A program made the translations under genes and the position numbers. Positions 1 to 9,453 of a stretch of DNA of 64,000 nucleotides are shown here, in pieces. The stretch is taken from contig CAVQMM010000001.1 in the NCBI GenBank assembly GCA_963713615.1, positions 3,264,001 through 3,328,000 on the forward strand, given 5' to 3'. The notes beneath the pieces were generated by a model. The model saw only the letters and a list, made by a program, of their open reading frames with translations, searched no databases and was not told where the DNA came from. The first letter of the stretch is position 1. Each line of letters opens with the position of its first letter. The DNA is from an uncultured Chlamydiae bacterium (lineage in GTDB: Bacteria > Chlamydiota > Chlamydiia > Chlamydiales > JAJFMA01).

Positions 1-31
1 CGAAATTCTGACCGTAAAGGTGAACAAGGCC
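1..31. mobile_element. Right end of 160-bp MITE-A, truncated by the window edge
   Basis: CGAAATTCTGACCGTAAAGGTGAACAAGGCC is identical to the 3' ends of the full copies at 40962-41121 and 54340-54499. Confidence 0.9.
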
Positions 32-60
32 AGCTTTCGCGTGGGTCCAAATCCAAATTT

Positions 61-912
61 ATGACCGAGTGTGGTTCTATGTCTTCGCAAGTATTGTCAA
101 CATCTGCCAAAGTCGCAGCCATTTTACAATTATGTTTGGTATTTTCTGTAATCTTATGGGTGATGGTAGGGCCTTTTATGGGTAGTTACTTCACCACGAA
201 ATCGTCGCAATTACTTTATAAGGCTGTCATTGGAGCTCCGGCCCCAGAGGGCAATATTAAGGAAGCACGTGCTTCTGAGCTCTTTGCTGCTCTACCTGAA
301 AAGCAACGCGAACGTATCGCATTAGGCTATCAGCAGGTACAGCAGCAAACAGAAAAGACTTTTTTGGGCAAAAGCGCCGATGCTATCCGTACATTATTTT
401 TGGGTTTGCCTTCCTTTACCCAGGCATGGCTGTTTTTTTCATTTGTGATCTCGCTGATGTTACTACTCCGTATTGAAGGTGCCGCCACAGCCGCTTGGGT
501 GTTGCCTTTGGTGGCCTTGGCTTATGGTTACGATAATCGTTTCAATGGAGTTTCCTCAGGGACAGCACCAGATGCCGTGTTCTTCCCTTCAGAGCAATAT
601 CTGGAGTCGACCTATCTTTCCGAGCCACTACAGGGCAGCTTTGCTGAACAAAATGCTCAGTTGACAGATGCGTGGCGGCGTTTTCTGATTGCTGAGTGGC
701 TTCATGAAACGCCCAATAGCGATGTCACAGCCTTCGCTGATCAGGTAGAACGCGGCGAGCATGCGTTCCATCTAGCACGTATTGAAAAGCGTCTAGAAGC
801 CTCTGACAGCATGCTCAATAATTCGTCGTTTACCAAAAAGCCCATTCCCTTGCTGGTAGTCTATGTGTTGGCTAATCTGGGTTTTGCTATTGTCGTCAAC
901 CGCAGGAGATAG
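61..912 (+). CDS. Hypothetical membrane protein
   Basis: 283-aa ORF with about 4 hydrophobic segments; 3 bp upstream of the next gene; start may be the ATG at 79. Confidence 0.75.
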   Translation: MTECGSMSSQVLSTSAKVAAILQLCLVFSVILWVMVGPFMGSYFTTKSSQLLYKAVIGAPAPEGNIKEARASELFAALPEKQRERIALGYQQVQQQTEKTFLGKSADAIRTLFLGLPSFTQAWLFFSFVISLMLLLRIEGAATAAWVLPLVALAYGYDNRFNGVSSGTAPDAVFFPSEQYLESTYLSEPLQGSFAEQNAQLTDAWRRFLIAEWLHETPNSDVTAFADQVERGEHAFHLARIEKRLEASDSMLNNSSFTKKPIPLLVVYVLANLGFAIVVNRRR

Positions 913-915
913 CTC

Positions 916-1665
916 ATGCGCTTTGTGCCTTTGGATGAACCTCCACATCAGTGTGGTTACCTGCCTGATCGCAATGCTACTTATGAGTCTTACCTCGTTC
1001 TGGAGGCCACTCCGGAAGAAAGAGAGGCTCTCCTTAATGCTGGTTATCGCTCGTTTGGCAAATACTACTTTCGTCCAAAGTGTGTAGGGTGTCATCAGTG
1101 TGTTCCCTTACGTATTCCAGTAGATAAATTCGTGGCTACAAAATCACAAAGACGCGTTTGGAGACGTTGTCAGCAGATTGATGTGATGATCGATACGCCT
1201 CGTTATACCGATGAGAAGTTTGAGATCTACAGGGACCACCTACAGCGATTTAAGCATAAGTCAGGGGGTTCCTCTGTGGAAGACTTTGCCTTTTCTTTCT
1301 ATGATTCAACGATTCCCGCATTGGAATTTTGTTATTACCTGGAAGGCACCTTGGTGGCTGTTGGAATCGTTAATGTGTCTCCATCGGCATTGTCTTCGGT
1401 ATACTTTACCTACCGGTTGGCTTATGCCAAGTTGTCCTTAGGGACGTTTTCAGTGATGGCTGAGATAGATTATGCGCGTTGTTCAGGCAAACCCTACGTC
1501 TATCTAGGGTATTACGTGCAACACAATCACTTCATGGCCTATAAGGCGCGTTACTGTCCTAACGAGATCTTGACCTCCAGAGGGCAATGGATTCCCTTCT
1601 ACGATGCTATGGGGAATCTCTTGGAGGCTCCTCCGCATACCTTCGTGCCCTTCAAGTTCGTGTAG
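916..1665 (+). CDS. Arginyl-tRNA-protein transferase family (ATE/Bpt-like, N-degron pathway)
   Basis: CGYLPDR, GYRSFGKYYFRPKC..C..C.PLR, SVYFTY, LSLGTFSV and YVYLGYYV..MAYKARY motifs typical of ATE_N/ATE_C. Confidence 0.9.
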   Translation: MRFVPLDEPPHQCGYLPDRNATYESYLVLEATPEEREALLNAGYRSFGKYYFRPKCVGCHQCVPLRIPVDKFVATKSQRRVWRRCQQIDVMIDTPRYTDEKFEIYRDHLQRFKHKSGGSSVEDFAFSFYDSTIPALEFCYYLEGTLVAVGIVNVSPSALSSVYFTYRLAYAKLSLGTFSVMAEIDYARCSGKPYVYLGYYVQHNHFMAYKARYCPNEILTSRGQWIPFYDAMGNLLEAPPHTFVPFKFV

Positions 1666-1670
1666 GAGAG

Positions 1671-1734
1671 GAGGAGGCAGGGAAGGGAGGAGGCAGGGAA
1701 GGGAGGAGGCAGGGAAGGGAGGAGGCAGGGAAGG
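1671..1734 (+). repeat. Purine-rich tandem repeat, 4 x GAGGAGGCAGGGAAGG (16 bp)
   Basis: Read directly; a related tract lies on the opposite strand at about 3645-3690. Confidence 0.95.
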
Positions 1735-1747
1735 GAGGAGGAGAGGA

Positions 1748-1918
1748 AAGAGGATTAGGAATTTTACCACAGAGGACACAGAGACGCCGAGATAGGAGAG
1801 AGAGGAATGAGGAAAGGTAGGATAGATTTTTTTGTTTTATTTATTTAATAAATAAAACAAGAAAATCTATCCTCTCTCTCCTATCTCGGCGTCTCTGTGG
1901 TAAAATTCCTAATCCTCT
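1748..1918. repeat. Repeat family C inverted pair (AGGATTAGGAATTTTACCACAGAG...ACGCCGAGATAGGAGAGAGAGG) with an AT-rich palindromic centre
   Basis: Arms at about 1748-1830 and 1862-1918 are reverse complements apart from indels; lies between convergent genes. Confidence 0.9.
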
Positions 1919-1926
1919 CCTACCTC

Positions 1927-2421
1927 CTACCCCTCTCCTTCTCTTTCCTCTTGCAGGGTGGTGTAGGCATGGCGTCCAAAGCAGGGAAGAAAGAGGTCGC
2001 TGCCATAGCGCTTTTGATTTTTGGCTATGTAGGCAGCATTCAAGGTGCCTGGGGTAAGCCATAGGGCGATTCCATGGCATCTGTCTTCGCGATAGGCAAG
2101 GCGTTCAATGTTTTGCATGGGAACGGAGAAGAGCTTCTTTCCTTTACGCGATAGAGTTAAGGATTTGTCGACGACAAGGTGGTAGGGGTGTGCTTCAAGG
2201 TGTGTGAGCCGCCGGTAGGGGACCATGCCCAGACAGATCAGAGCTCCCCCGACTATAAAGACCCAAATCCCCCATTGTGATAGTGTTTCAGGGGGCATGG
2301 TGACGCCACAGACCAACCACAATAAGATTCCTGCAGCAGCAAATATACCGCCTTTGGCAAGCACAGCGCGTTTGTCAGCGCTACGAACACCGCTATATAG
2401 ATGGATGGGTGTCGTAGTCAA
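1927..2421 (-). CDS. Hypothetical two-TM membrane protein
   Basis: 164 aa with two hydrophobic helices; start overlaps the kdsD stop. Confidence 0.75.
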   Translation of the reverse strand: MTTTPIHLYSGVRSADKRAVLAKGGIFAAAGILLWLVCGVTMPPETLSQWGIWVFIVGGALICLGMVPYRRLTHLEAHPYHLVVDKSLTLSRKGKKLFSVPMQNIERLAYREDRCHGIALWLTPGTLNAAYIAKNQKRYGSDLFLPCFGRHAYTTLQEEREGEG

Positions 2422-3377
2422 AGTCCAGACTGCAAGATGTCATGCATTTTGATGACGCCGAGAAGACGCCTTTTTTCATCGACGACGGGCATCGCTGTGA
2501 TGGCCTGGCTTTGGTCTGCTTCCATGCTCTTCATGGCATCCCAAGCAAGGACATCGCTTGTAATACAGCGAGGGGTTTTTGTCATGAGTTCTTCAAGGGG
2601 TTTTTCTAGAGCAGCGATGCCAAACTGCTGCAAAGCGCGGCGAAGGTCGCCATCGGTGAAAATGCCGCTGAGGATGCCATCATCGTCGACGACCAGGATG
2701 CAACCGCATCCTTTGCTGGAGAGTTCTCCCAGAATATTGAGTGCGACGTCACTGCCGCGGCAGGTAGGTATGCGCTTATCCGTGATCATGAGGTCACTGA
2801 CGCGTAAGGAAATGCGTTTGCCAATACGCCCTCCAGGGTGATTGAGGGCGTAGGCATCCAGGGTGAAACGCTTCTCGCGCATTAAGCCGACGGTAAGGAC
2901 GTCGCCGAAGATCATCTGAATAGCTGTAGAGGTTGTCGGAGCAAGGTTGAAAGGACAAAGTTCCTGCTTGAGCGGCAAGACGATGTTGTAGTGGCAGGCT
3001 TTTGCCAAGCGGCTGTTAGGTTGGGATACTATCGCTACCAGCTTAGCGCCTTTGTTGCGGATAAAGGGTGCTAGGCTCAGCAGCTCGTCGCTTTCTCCGC
3101 TCTTACTAAACATAATAAAAATGTCTTTGTCAGTCACCATGCCGAGGTCCCCGTGAAGGGCGTCAGTAGCTGAAATATAGAGAGCTCGCGTCCCCGTAGA
3201 CACCATAGTGACAGCAACTTTATTGGCGACGAGACCGCTCTTACCTATGCCAGTAAAACATAGGGCACCCTGACATTCTTTTAAAATGGTGAAAATATGC
3301 TCGGCAGCCTCGATGTCAATTTTGTTAAAGAAATAATCGATGTAGGAACGATTCAGTTCAAAAAGCTCGCGCAACAT
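2418..3377 (-). CDS. kdsD: KpsF/GutQ family arabinose-5-phosphate isomerase (SIS + 2 CBS)
   Basis: TGIGKSG, ALHGDLG, SKSGESDE, LAPTTST, HPGGRIG and GIFTDGDLRR motifs. Confidence 0.95.
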   Translation of the reverse strand: MLRELFELNRSYIDYFFNKIDIEAAEHIFTILKECQGALCFTGIGKSGLVANKVAVTMVSTGTRALYISATDALHGDLGMVTDKDIFIMFSKSGESDELLSLAPFIRNKGAKLVAIVSQPNSRLAKACHYNIVLPLKQELCPFNLAPTTSTAIQMIFGDVLTVGLMREKRFTLDAYALNHPGGRIGKRISLRVSDLMITDKRIPTCRGSDVALNILGELSSKGCGCILVVDDDGILSGIFTDGDLRRALQQFGIAALEKPLEELMTKTPRCITSDVLAWDAMKSMEADQSQAITAMPVVDEKRRLLGVIKMHDILQSGL

Positions 3378-3477
3378 AAGTTCTCCCTGTCCAATCCACT
3401 TGCGGTCCCCCGATTCTAAAGTAGGCCTGCATTCCGGGCAAGACCTAGGAGACGAGCGGGGCGGGATAGAAGGTGTG

Positions 3478-3690
3478 GGAGAGAAGAGAGGATTGGGAAT
3501 TTGACCACAGGACAGGTGCTCAATCTAACCTTTTTTATTAAATTGGGGATCTGTTCAGAGCCAGCAGTAACTGAACATTCTTTCCTCTTCCTCTCTCTCC
3601 TACCTCGGCGTCTCTGTGTCCTCTGCGGTAAAATTCCTAATCCTCTTTCCTCTCCCCTCTCCTCCCCCCTCCCTTGCCTCCTCCTCTCCA
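3478..3690. repeat. Repeat family C inverted pair plus pyrimidine tract
   Basis: GAGAGGATTGGGAATTTGACCACAG at about 3486-3510 is complementary to CTGCGGTAAAATTCCTAATCCTCT at about 3623-3646; homologous to 1748-1918. Confidence 0.85.
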
Positions 3691-3753
3691 TTGTAAAAAA
3701 TTCGCTAGCAGGGCACGATTCATAAAGTTAACAAAACCTAAGGTGATAGCATT

Positions 3754-5247
3754 ATGGCAGCAAATAAGGCTTCAATCGCTGTAGCGCGCGGTGACGGAAT
3801 TGGTCCAGAGATCATGGAAGCGACCCTTCATATCCTGGCTGAGAGTGGTGCGGTTCTCGATATCCAAGAGGTTGAGATTGGCGAAAAGGTTTACCTTAAG
3901 GGACATCGGTTCGGTATCGAACCCAAAACCTGGGAAATTCTTCGCAACACCGACGCCTTCCTCAAGGCACCGATCACTACTCCACAGGGTGGAGGTTTTA
4001 AAAGTATCAATGTCACCGTCCGGGTTTTGTTGGGGCTATACGCTAATATTCGTCCTTGTACGGCTTACTATCCGTTTGTAGAAACGAAGCATCCTAAGAT
4101 GGATGTGGTGATTGTTCGAGAAAATGTGGAAGACCTCTACATCGGATTGGAGTATCGTCAGACGCCCGACGCTGTGCAGGCTATCAAGCTCATTACACGC
4201 ACGGGTTGTGAGAAGATTATCCGGTATGCCTTCAACTATGCTGAGCTAAACGAACGCAAGAAGGTGACTTGTTTCACCAAAGACAACATTTTGAAGTTGT
4301 CGGATGGTCTTTTTCATAAAGTCTTTGATGAGATTGGTGAGGAGTACCCCAAGATCGAAAAGGAACACTGGATCGTCGATATCGGAGCCGCTAAGCTGGC
4401 GGATCGTCCAGATACCTTTGATGTGATTGTGATGCCCAACCTTTATGGCGATATCCTATCTGATGTGGCAGCACAAATCGCTGGGTCTGTAGGCTTGGCA
4501 GGTTCGGCTAATGTCGGCGATAATGGTGCTATGTTCGAAGCGATTCATGGATCAGCTCCCCGTCGTGCAAACCAAAATCTTGCTAATCCTTCTGGGCTCT
4601 TGCTGGCTTCAGTGATGATGTTAGTGCACTTGGGTCAGCCCGAGGCCGCTATGCGTATTCATAATGCGTGGTTGAAGACGCTAGAAGATGGTATCCATAC
4701 CTACGATATCTTTAGGGAAGGGACCAGTCGTCAAAAAGTGGGAACCAAAGAGTTTGCTCAAGCTGTGGTGGATCGCCTCGGCCAAAAACCTGAAACGCTT
4801 AAGGAAGCAGTCTATGCGCTGCATCCAGCAGATGTCATTTCTCACAAGCATGAGCTATCTATTTCGGCTGCAGGTCGTGAGAAGGAACTTGTCGGTGTGG
4901 ACGTCTTTGTTCAAGCGATAGCAACAGTAGAAGAATTTCATGAACGTCTCGCTAAGATGGGTGACGACCGGCTGCAGCTCACCTTGATCGGCAATCGCGG
5001 CGCGAAGGCATGGCCAGACCCTACGCCTGGCTTGGCTGTGATCGATCACTGGCGCTGCCGCTTTATGGCGGCCAGTCCAGAGGTTGTCATCAACCACCAC
5101 GATATTGCGGCTCTATTACGGCGTCTTGCTGATGCCAAGATTGACTTTGTTCAGACGGAGCATCTGCATCTATTTGGCGGTGAAGTGGGCTATTCTGTTG
5201 CTCAAGGTGAAGGTCAGCCACAGATGCTTCGGACCACTCCTGATTAG
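3754..5247 (+). CDS. icd: NADP-dependent isocitrate dehydrogenase (with C-terminal extension domain)
   Basis: GDGIGPEI, KAPITTP, IVRENVED, NLYGDILSD and MFEAIHGSAP motifs. Confidence 0.95.
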   Translation: MAANKASIAVARGDGIGPEIMEATLHILAESGAVLDIQEVEIGEKVYLKGHRFGIEPKTWEILRNTDAFLKAPITTPQGGGFKSINVTVRVLLGLYANIRPCTAYYPFVETKHPKMDVVIVRENVEDLYIGLEYRQTPDAVQAIKLITRTGCEKIIRYAFNYAELNERKKVTCFTKDNILKLSDGLFHKVFDEIGEEYPKIEKEHWIVDIGAAKLADRPDTFDVIVMPNLYGDILSDVAAQIAGSVGLAGSANVGDNGAMFEAIHGSAPRRANQNLANPSGLLLASVMMLVHLGQPEAAMRIHNAWLKTLEDGIHTYDIFREGTSRQKVGTKEFAQAVVDRLGQKPETLKEAVYALHPADVISHKHELSISAAGREKELVGVDVFVQAIATVEEFHERLAKMGDDRLQLTLIGNRGAKAWPDPTPGLAVIDHWRCRFMAASPEVVINHHDIAALLRRLADAKIDFVQTEHLHLFGGEVGYSVAQGEGQPQMLRTTPD

Positions 5248-5297
5248 CGTCTGTGGGTGGGCAGGAACACAGGCAATGTCCCTAGCGTAAATGTGAT

Positions 5298-6539
5298 TTA
5301 GATATCGCTGCCTTCAAGTTCGATGCGCTCTGCGTGGTAGTATTGCCGTTCGTCCAGCTCGCCTTCGCGCTTGGCAACATACACACATGTGACCGCATCA
5401 CCGGTAATGTTAAGTGCTGTTGAGAACATTTCGCGTAGTCGATCAACTCCTAGAAGAATCGTCAATCCTTCCAATGGCAACGGTACTGCACCCAGAACAA
5501 CGGATAGCATCAGATAGCCAGTTCCAGGAATACCGGCAGCTCCGACGGCTGACATAACGGCAGCGACGACGATGGTGAGGACTTGTGTCCACTGGAGTTC
5601 GATGCCATAGGCCTGCGCGACGAACAGGGCTGCCATGCCTTGAAAGATAGCCGCGCCATTCATATTGAAAGCTGTCCCTAAGGGTAGAGAGAAACTGGCG
5701 ATATTTTTAGATACCCCAAGATTTTCCTGACAGCAATGTAGCGCCACAGGCAAGGCAGCAGAGCTGCTACAGGTTGAAAAGCCTACCATGATGGCGTCGC
5801 TCATCCCACGTAGAAATGGGAGAGGGTTAAGACGCGCTAAGAAGTAGAGAATGCCCATATGCACCAACACAAAGTGCAACACACAGGCTAATAGGTAAAC
5901 GAGGAAAAATTTTAGCATCGTCCCCAAGACACCTATGCCAAGTGTGCCTGTCACCGACGCCATGATGGCGAAGACACCAATAGGGGTAAATTCCATTACG
6001 ATAGACGTCAGGCGGTACATTACGTCGGCTAGGGATTCCATGAATTCCAAGAGGCCCCTTCCACGCTCGCCAGCAAAATTGATGGAAATACCTAGGAAAA
6101 TGGAAAAGACGATGATTTGCAGAATATTCTCATTAGCTAATGCTGCAAATGGGTTACTTGGGATAACGCCCAAGAGCATGTCTGCGATCGAGGGCGCTTG
6201 CGGTACTGTTTCCTGCTGCGCAGCAAGGTCCGCGGTTAGACTCAGAGAGCTCCCCGGTTCAAACAAAAAACCTAGGGATATGCCCCAGGTAATGGCAATA
6301 ATCGTGGTGAACAAATAGAGCGTCATCAGCGTCAACCCGACTCGCCCAAGCTTTTTGGGGTCATGGATATTGGTGATCCCTACGGTCATCGAAGAGAGCA
6401 CTAAGGGCACGACGATCATCTTGATCAAGCGCAGAAAAGCTTCACCAATAGGTTTTAGAGAGGCGGCACTCTCACCAAAGGTCAGACCGGCAAGCACTCC
6501 TAGAGCCATTGCTACGAGAATTTTCATCCAAAGTTTCAT
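5298..6539 (-). CDS. Dicarboxylate/amino acid:cation symporter (GltT/GltP family)
   Basis: FLRLIKMIVVPLV, FSTCSSSAALP, NMNGAAIF, GAAGIPG and DRLREMFST motifs. Confidence 0.93.
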   Translation of the reverse strand: MKLWMKILVAMALGVLAGLTFGESAASLKPIGEAFLRLIKMIVVPLVLSSMTVGITNIHDPKKLGRVGLTLMTLYLFTTIIAITWGISLGFLFEPGSSLSLTADLAAQQETVPQAPSIADMLLGVIPSNPFAALANENILQIIVFSIFLGISINFAGERGRGLLEFMESLADVMYRLTSIVMEFTPIGVFAIMASVTGTLGIGVLGTMLKFFLVYLLACVLHFVLVHMGILYFLARLNPLPFLRGMSDAIMVGFSTCSSSAALPVALHCCQENLGVSKNIASFSLPLGTAFNMNGAAIFQGMAALFVAQAYGIELQWTQVLTIVVAAVMSAVGAAGIPGTGYLMLSVVLGAVPLPLEGLTILLGVDRLREMFSTALNITGDAVTCVYVAKREGELDERQYYHAERIELEGSDI

Positions 6540-6862
6540 TATACAATCCTGTAGTGGAGTCCCTAAGATCTTACTCAATCGCGGCTTTTTTGCCCAACCT
6601 CTGAACCCGAAACGCTAGTGTAAACCGGACTGCTTGTCCAGTTGTAAATTTCCCCAAGTGAAATTTTTATTCACCGAGACCCTCTATCCTCAAACTCAAA
6701 AAAAAATAACATAAATGACTATATCTTCGCAATCAGAATGATGATACGAACTTAAAATTAAACGTTGATTGAAATATAAATAGTTTGATTTAATAGTATT
6801 GTGGTTACAAAAGATTGTATGATAGGGGATATAGTAATTTAAAAAGATTGAGTGGGACGCCC

Positions 6863-7744
6863 ATGAACGGATTTTTCAAGCGAGTGGGCGTGTGTGTGTT
6901 AGTACAGTGGATGATGATCATTGCGGTATCGGCTACTCAGCCAGTGCTTGGGTTTGTGCTTGAGAAACCCAGTCCAAAATGGGGTCCTTCTCCTCAAGTT
7001 GGTACAACGGGAGGGACTGTCGACTGGACAATTCTTCCAGCAGGTGAAACTTTTAACGTCGGCGGGAGCACATTCATCAGCACGGCTCTCGATGTTCAGC
7101 CAAGAGCAGGGCTACTGACTCCCGCGCAGATAGATCATCAGATCAACAGGGCATTCGATACTTATCAGGCTGCAGCGAACATTAATTTTGAGGAAGTGGC
7201 CTATGTTCCCAAGGCTCCTGCCTTGCACGTCGGCGAAATTACCCTTGGAGCTCATTCTTTTGGTGCGTCCAATAAAAGTGAACTAGCCTATACCTTATAT
7301 TCGATAGGGCCTAATGATGCCATTTCAGCCGATATTCAATTTAACAGTGACTGGCTATGGGAAAGTGGTAATGCATTGGGTAACCTAGCAGTGGACCTAT
7401 ACTCTGTGGCTTTGCATGAAATAGGTCATGCTCTGGGGCTCGCTCACGATACGACTAATGTTGCGGTAATGAACCCCATCATCAGTACAAGTACGGTTTA
7501 TACGGGTTTATTTGCCGACGATCTTGCAGGGATCCAATACCTTTATGGTAAGCGTGGCAATTCCACGGGACCAGTAACGCCGCCACCACCGGTTTATAAG
7601 CAGACCGGCAGTGCCGATGTGAGGTTGCCTGAACCCAGTACCTATCTGTTATTAGGAGCTTTTCTGTTGGTTGCTGTGATGAAAGGACCAAAGGGACATA
7701 AAAGACATAAAGGACGAAAGGACCAAAGGGACGAAAAGAGGTAA
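6863..7744 (+). CDS. Secreted matrixin (M10) metalloprotease with C-terminal PEP-CTERM-like sorting signal
   Basis: Signal peptide; VALHEIGHALGLAH zinc motif; AVMNP Met-turn; LPEPSTYLLLG followed by a TM helix and a basic tail. Confidence 0.88.
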   Translation: MNGFFKRVGVCVLVQWMMIIAVSATQPVLGFVLEKPSPKWGPSPQVGTTGGTVDWTILPAGETFNVGGSTFISTALDVQPRAGLLTPAQIDHQINRAFDTYQAAANINFEEVAYVPKAPALHVGEITLGAHSFGASNKSELAYTLYSIGPNDAISADIQFNSDWLWESGNALGNLAVDLYSVALHEIGHALGLAHDTTNVAVMNPIISTSTVYTGLFADDLAGIQYLYGKRGNSTGPVTPPPPVYKQTGSADVRLPEPSTYLLLGAFLLVAVMKGPKGHKRHKGRKDQRDEKR

Positions 7745-8352
7745 TTGCAGAAGTCCGATTTTCCGAAATCAATTTCCTGAAAATCGGATGCCGGTGAAGA
7801 GAGAGTCATTCCCTTCCCAGGCCCGAAGGGTCGATATTGCAACAGGCCATGGCATCGCCACATAGGCCTCAACCTAACAGGTCTTTTGAGCTTATATCTC
7901 AATGACTTAGGACTTCACAATCGTATCTCGGCGCGCAGCGCTTTGGAGTGCGGTCGCTTGCGACCGCTTTTCGTTCCTTGGGACGGCAATGCTAAACGGC
8001 ATTGTATGGATTCGTCGAAGGCTGTATGTACTAACTATTTTACCCTTAGGGAATTATAGTGATGCCGTTGCACACGACCGTCGCAAGGAACCCAAAGCGG
8101 TCGCAAGCGACCGCACTCCAAAGCGCTGCGCGCCGAGATACGATTGTTAGGCTTAGGTTGAGGCCTATGTGGCGATGCCATGGCCTGTTGCAATATCGAC
8201 CCTTCGGGCCTGGGAAGGGAGAAAAGCCTGTCTTTCCAGACTGGATAGTGCCATACCACTTAAGCTCTCCAGAATCGCCTTCTCACAAAAAAAAGTGATT
8301 TTTTTTCCCAAGAATCGATCCATGAGAGCCCAAATACTTCTGAAGTCACTTT
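7738..8352. mobile_element. Nested inverted-repeat element B, copy 1 (615 bp)
   Basis: Outer ends GAGGTAATTGCAGAAGT with a degenerate complement; perfect 68-bp IR 7810-7877/8153-8220; perfect 54-bp IR 7917-7970/8094-8147; near-identical copies elsewhere in the window. Confidence 0.9.
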
Positions 8353-9446
8353 GGTCCTTTTGTCCAAAAATCCCTACGAACGCCTTGCCAGACATCGTGG
8401 CCGTAGGCGATTGTCAAATCGACTTTCACCCAGGCGATTGGAAGGCTAGTATCAACGCTATCTGGAAGCTTCACCTTGTCCTTTTCGGTGCATAGGAGCA
8501 TCTCAGCGCCTCTCTGACGGCTTCTTTCGGAAAAAGCGACCAAGGCCTTGGGAGGTAAAAGGTGGTGGTCGGCGGTGGCAAGTTCATCGATAATGAGAGC
8601 ACCTTGATCTTCGACTGTGGCGCGGAATTTTTCTGGCTTGGCAATGCCGCAAAAGAGGGCAACTTTTTTGCCGCGGAGATTTTTCACAGGTTGTCCATGT
8701 AGAGTTTGAATTGCGGTCACCTGGACTTGTGTGCCGACTACCTGTGCATCGGTGTATTGGCGTAATTGGTGCTGAAGCAATGCAAAGGATTCGTCGTTTT
8801 TCACATGGTTGAGAACGACCATATGTGCTCGTTGCAGACCTTTAAGGCCTTCGCGTAGAAAACCGCGCGGAAGTAGGTAGTTCAGACCAAAAGGGTCGTT
8901 AGCATCGACTACGACAATTTCAAGATCACGTTTTAGACGTCTGTGTTGCATGCCATCATCTAGTAAGATGAGTTTGGCGCCGGCTTCGGCAGCCATATGG
9001 GCGGCTTGAATGCGATCACGTCCGACTATGACAAGGACCTTTGGTAGTCGCGATGAGATCAAAAAGGGTTCATCGCCACACTGTTCAGGGCCATAGAGAG
9101 GTCCATGACCACGACTAAGGAAAATAGGTGCTTTGCTGCGTTCAGCAGCGGAACGATATCCGCGCGACAGTACAGCCACTGGCTGATCTGAGAAGTGTTC
9201 TGCTAGTTTTAGAATGAGAGGGGTTTTGCCGGTGCCACCAGCTACAATATTGCCTACGCTGATGATGGGGATTTCTACGGTGTGGGAAGAGAAGATTCCA
9301 CGGTCATAAGCAGCATTGCGTACTGAGGTGACTAGCTGATAGGGCCAGCTTAAAGCTTGCAGAAAACCACGGGTTAGACTGGACAGTCGCCCCTGATTGT
9401 TTCCGAGCACAACATCTCGCCAGTGCTTTTCTAGCCCCTTCAGCAC
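8346..9446 (-). CDS. lpxK: Tetraacyldisaccharide 4'-kinase
   Basis: ISVGNIVAGGTGKTP, LSRGY, GDEP, LLDDGMQH, LLPRGFLRE and TEKDKVK motifs. Confidence 0.96.
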   Translation of the reverse strand: MLKGLEKHWRDVVLGNNQGRLSSLTRGFLQALSWPYQLVTSVRNAAYDRGIFSSHTVEIPIISVGNIVAGGTGKTPLILKLAEHFSDQPVAVLSRGYRSAAERSKAPIFLSRGHGPLYGPEQCGDEPFLISSRLPKVLVIVGRDRIQAAHMAAEAGAKLILLDDGMQHRRLKRDLEIVVVDANDPFGLNYLLPRGFLREGLKGLQRAHMVVLNHVKNDESFALLQHQLRQYTDAQVVGTQVQVTAIQTLHGQPVKNLRGKKVALFCGIAKPEKFRATVEDQGALIIDELATADHHLLPPKALVAFSERSRQRGAEMLLCTEKDKVKLPDSVDTSLPIAWVKVDLTIAYGHDVWQGVRRDFWTKGPK

Positions 9447-9453
9447 AACCAGC

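Noticed and set aside
1504..2080. G/R/E-rich or P/L/S-rich short ORFs (also 3416-3725)
   Set aside because: Translations of the purine tandem repeat and family C repeats
7642..8495. ORFs 7642-7902, 8035-8259, 8059-8298 and 8169-8495 and their twins at 16224-17193
   Set aside because: They lie within palindromic element B, occur on both strands and have no protein-like motifs
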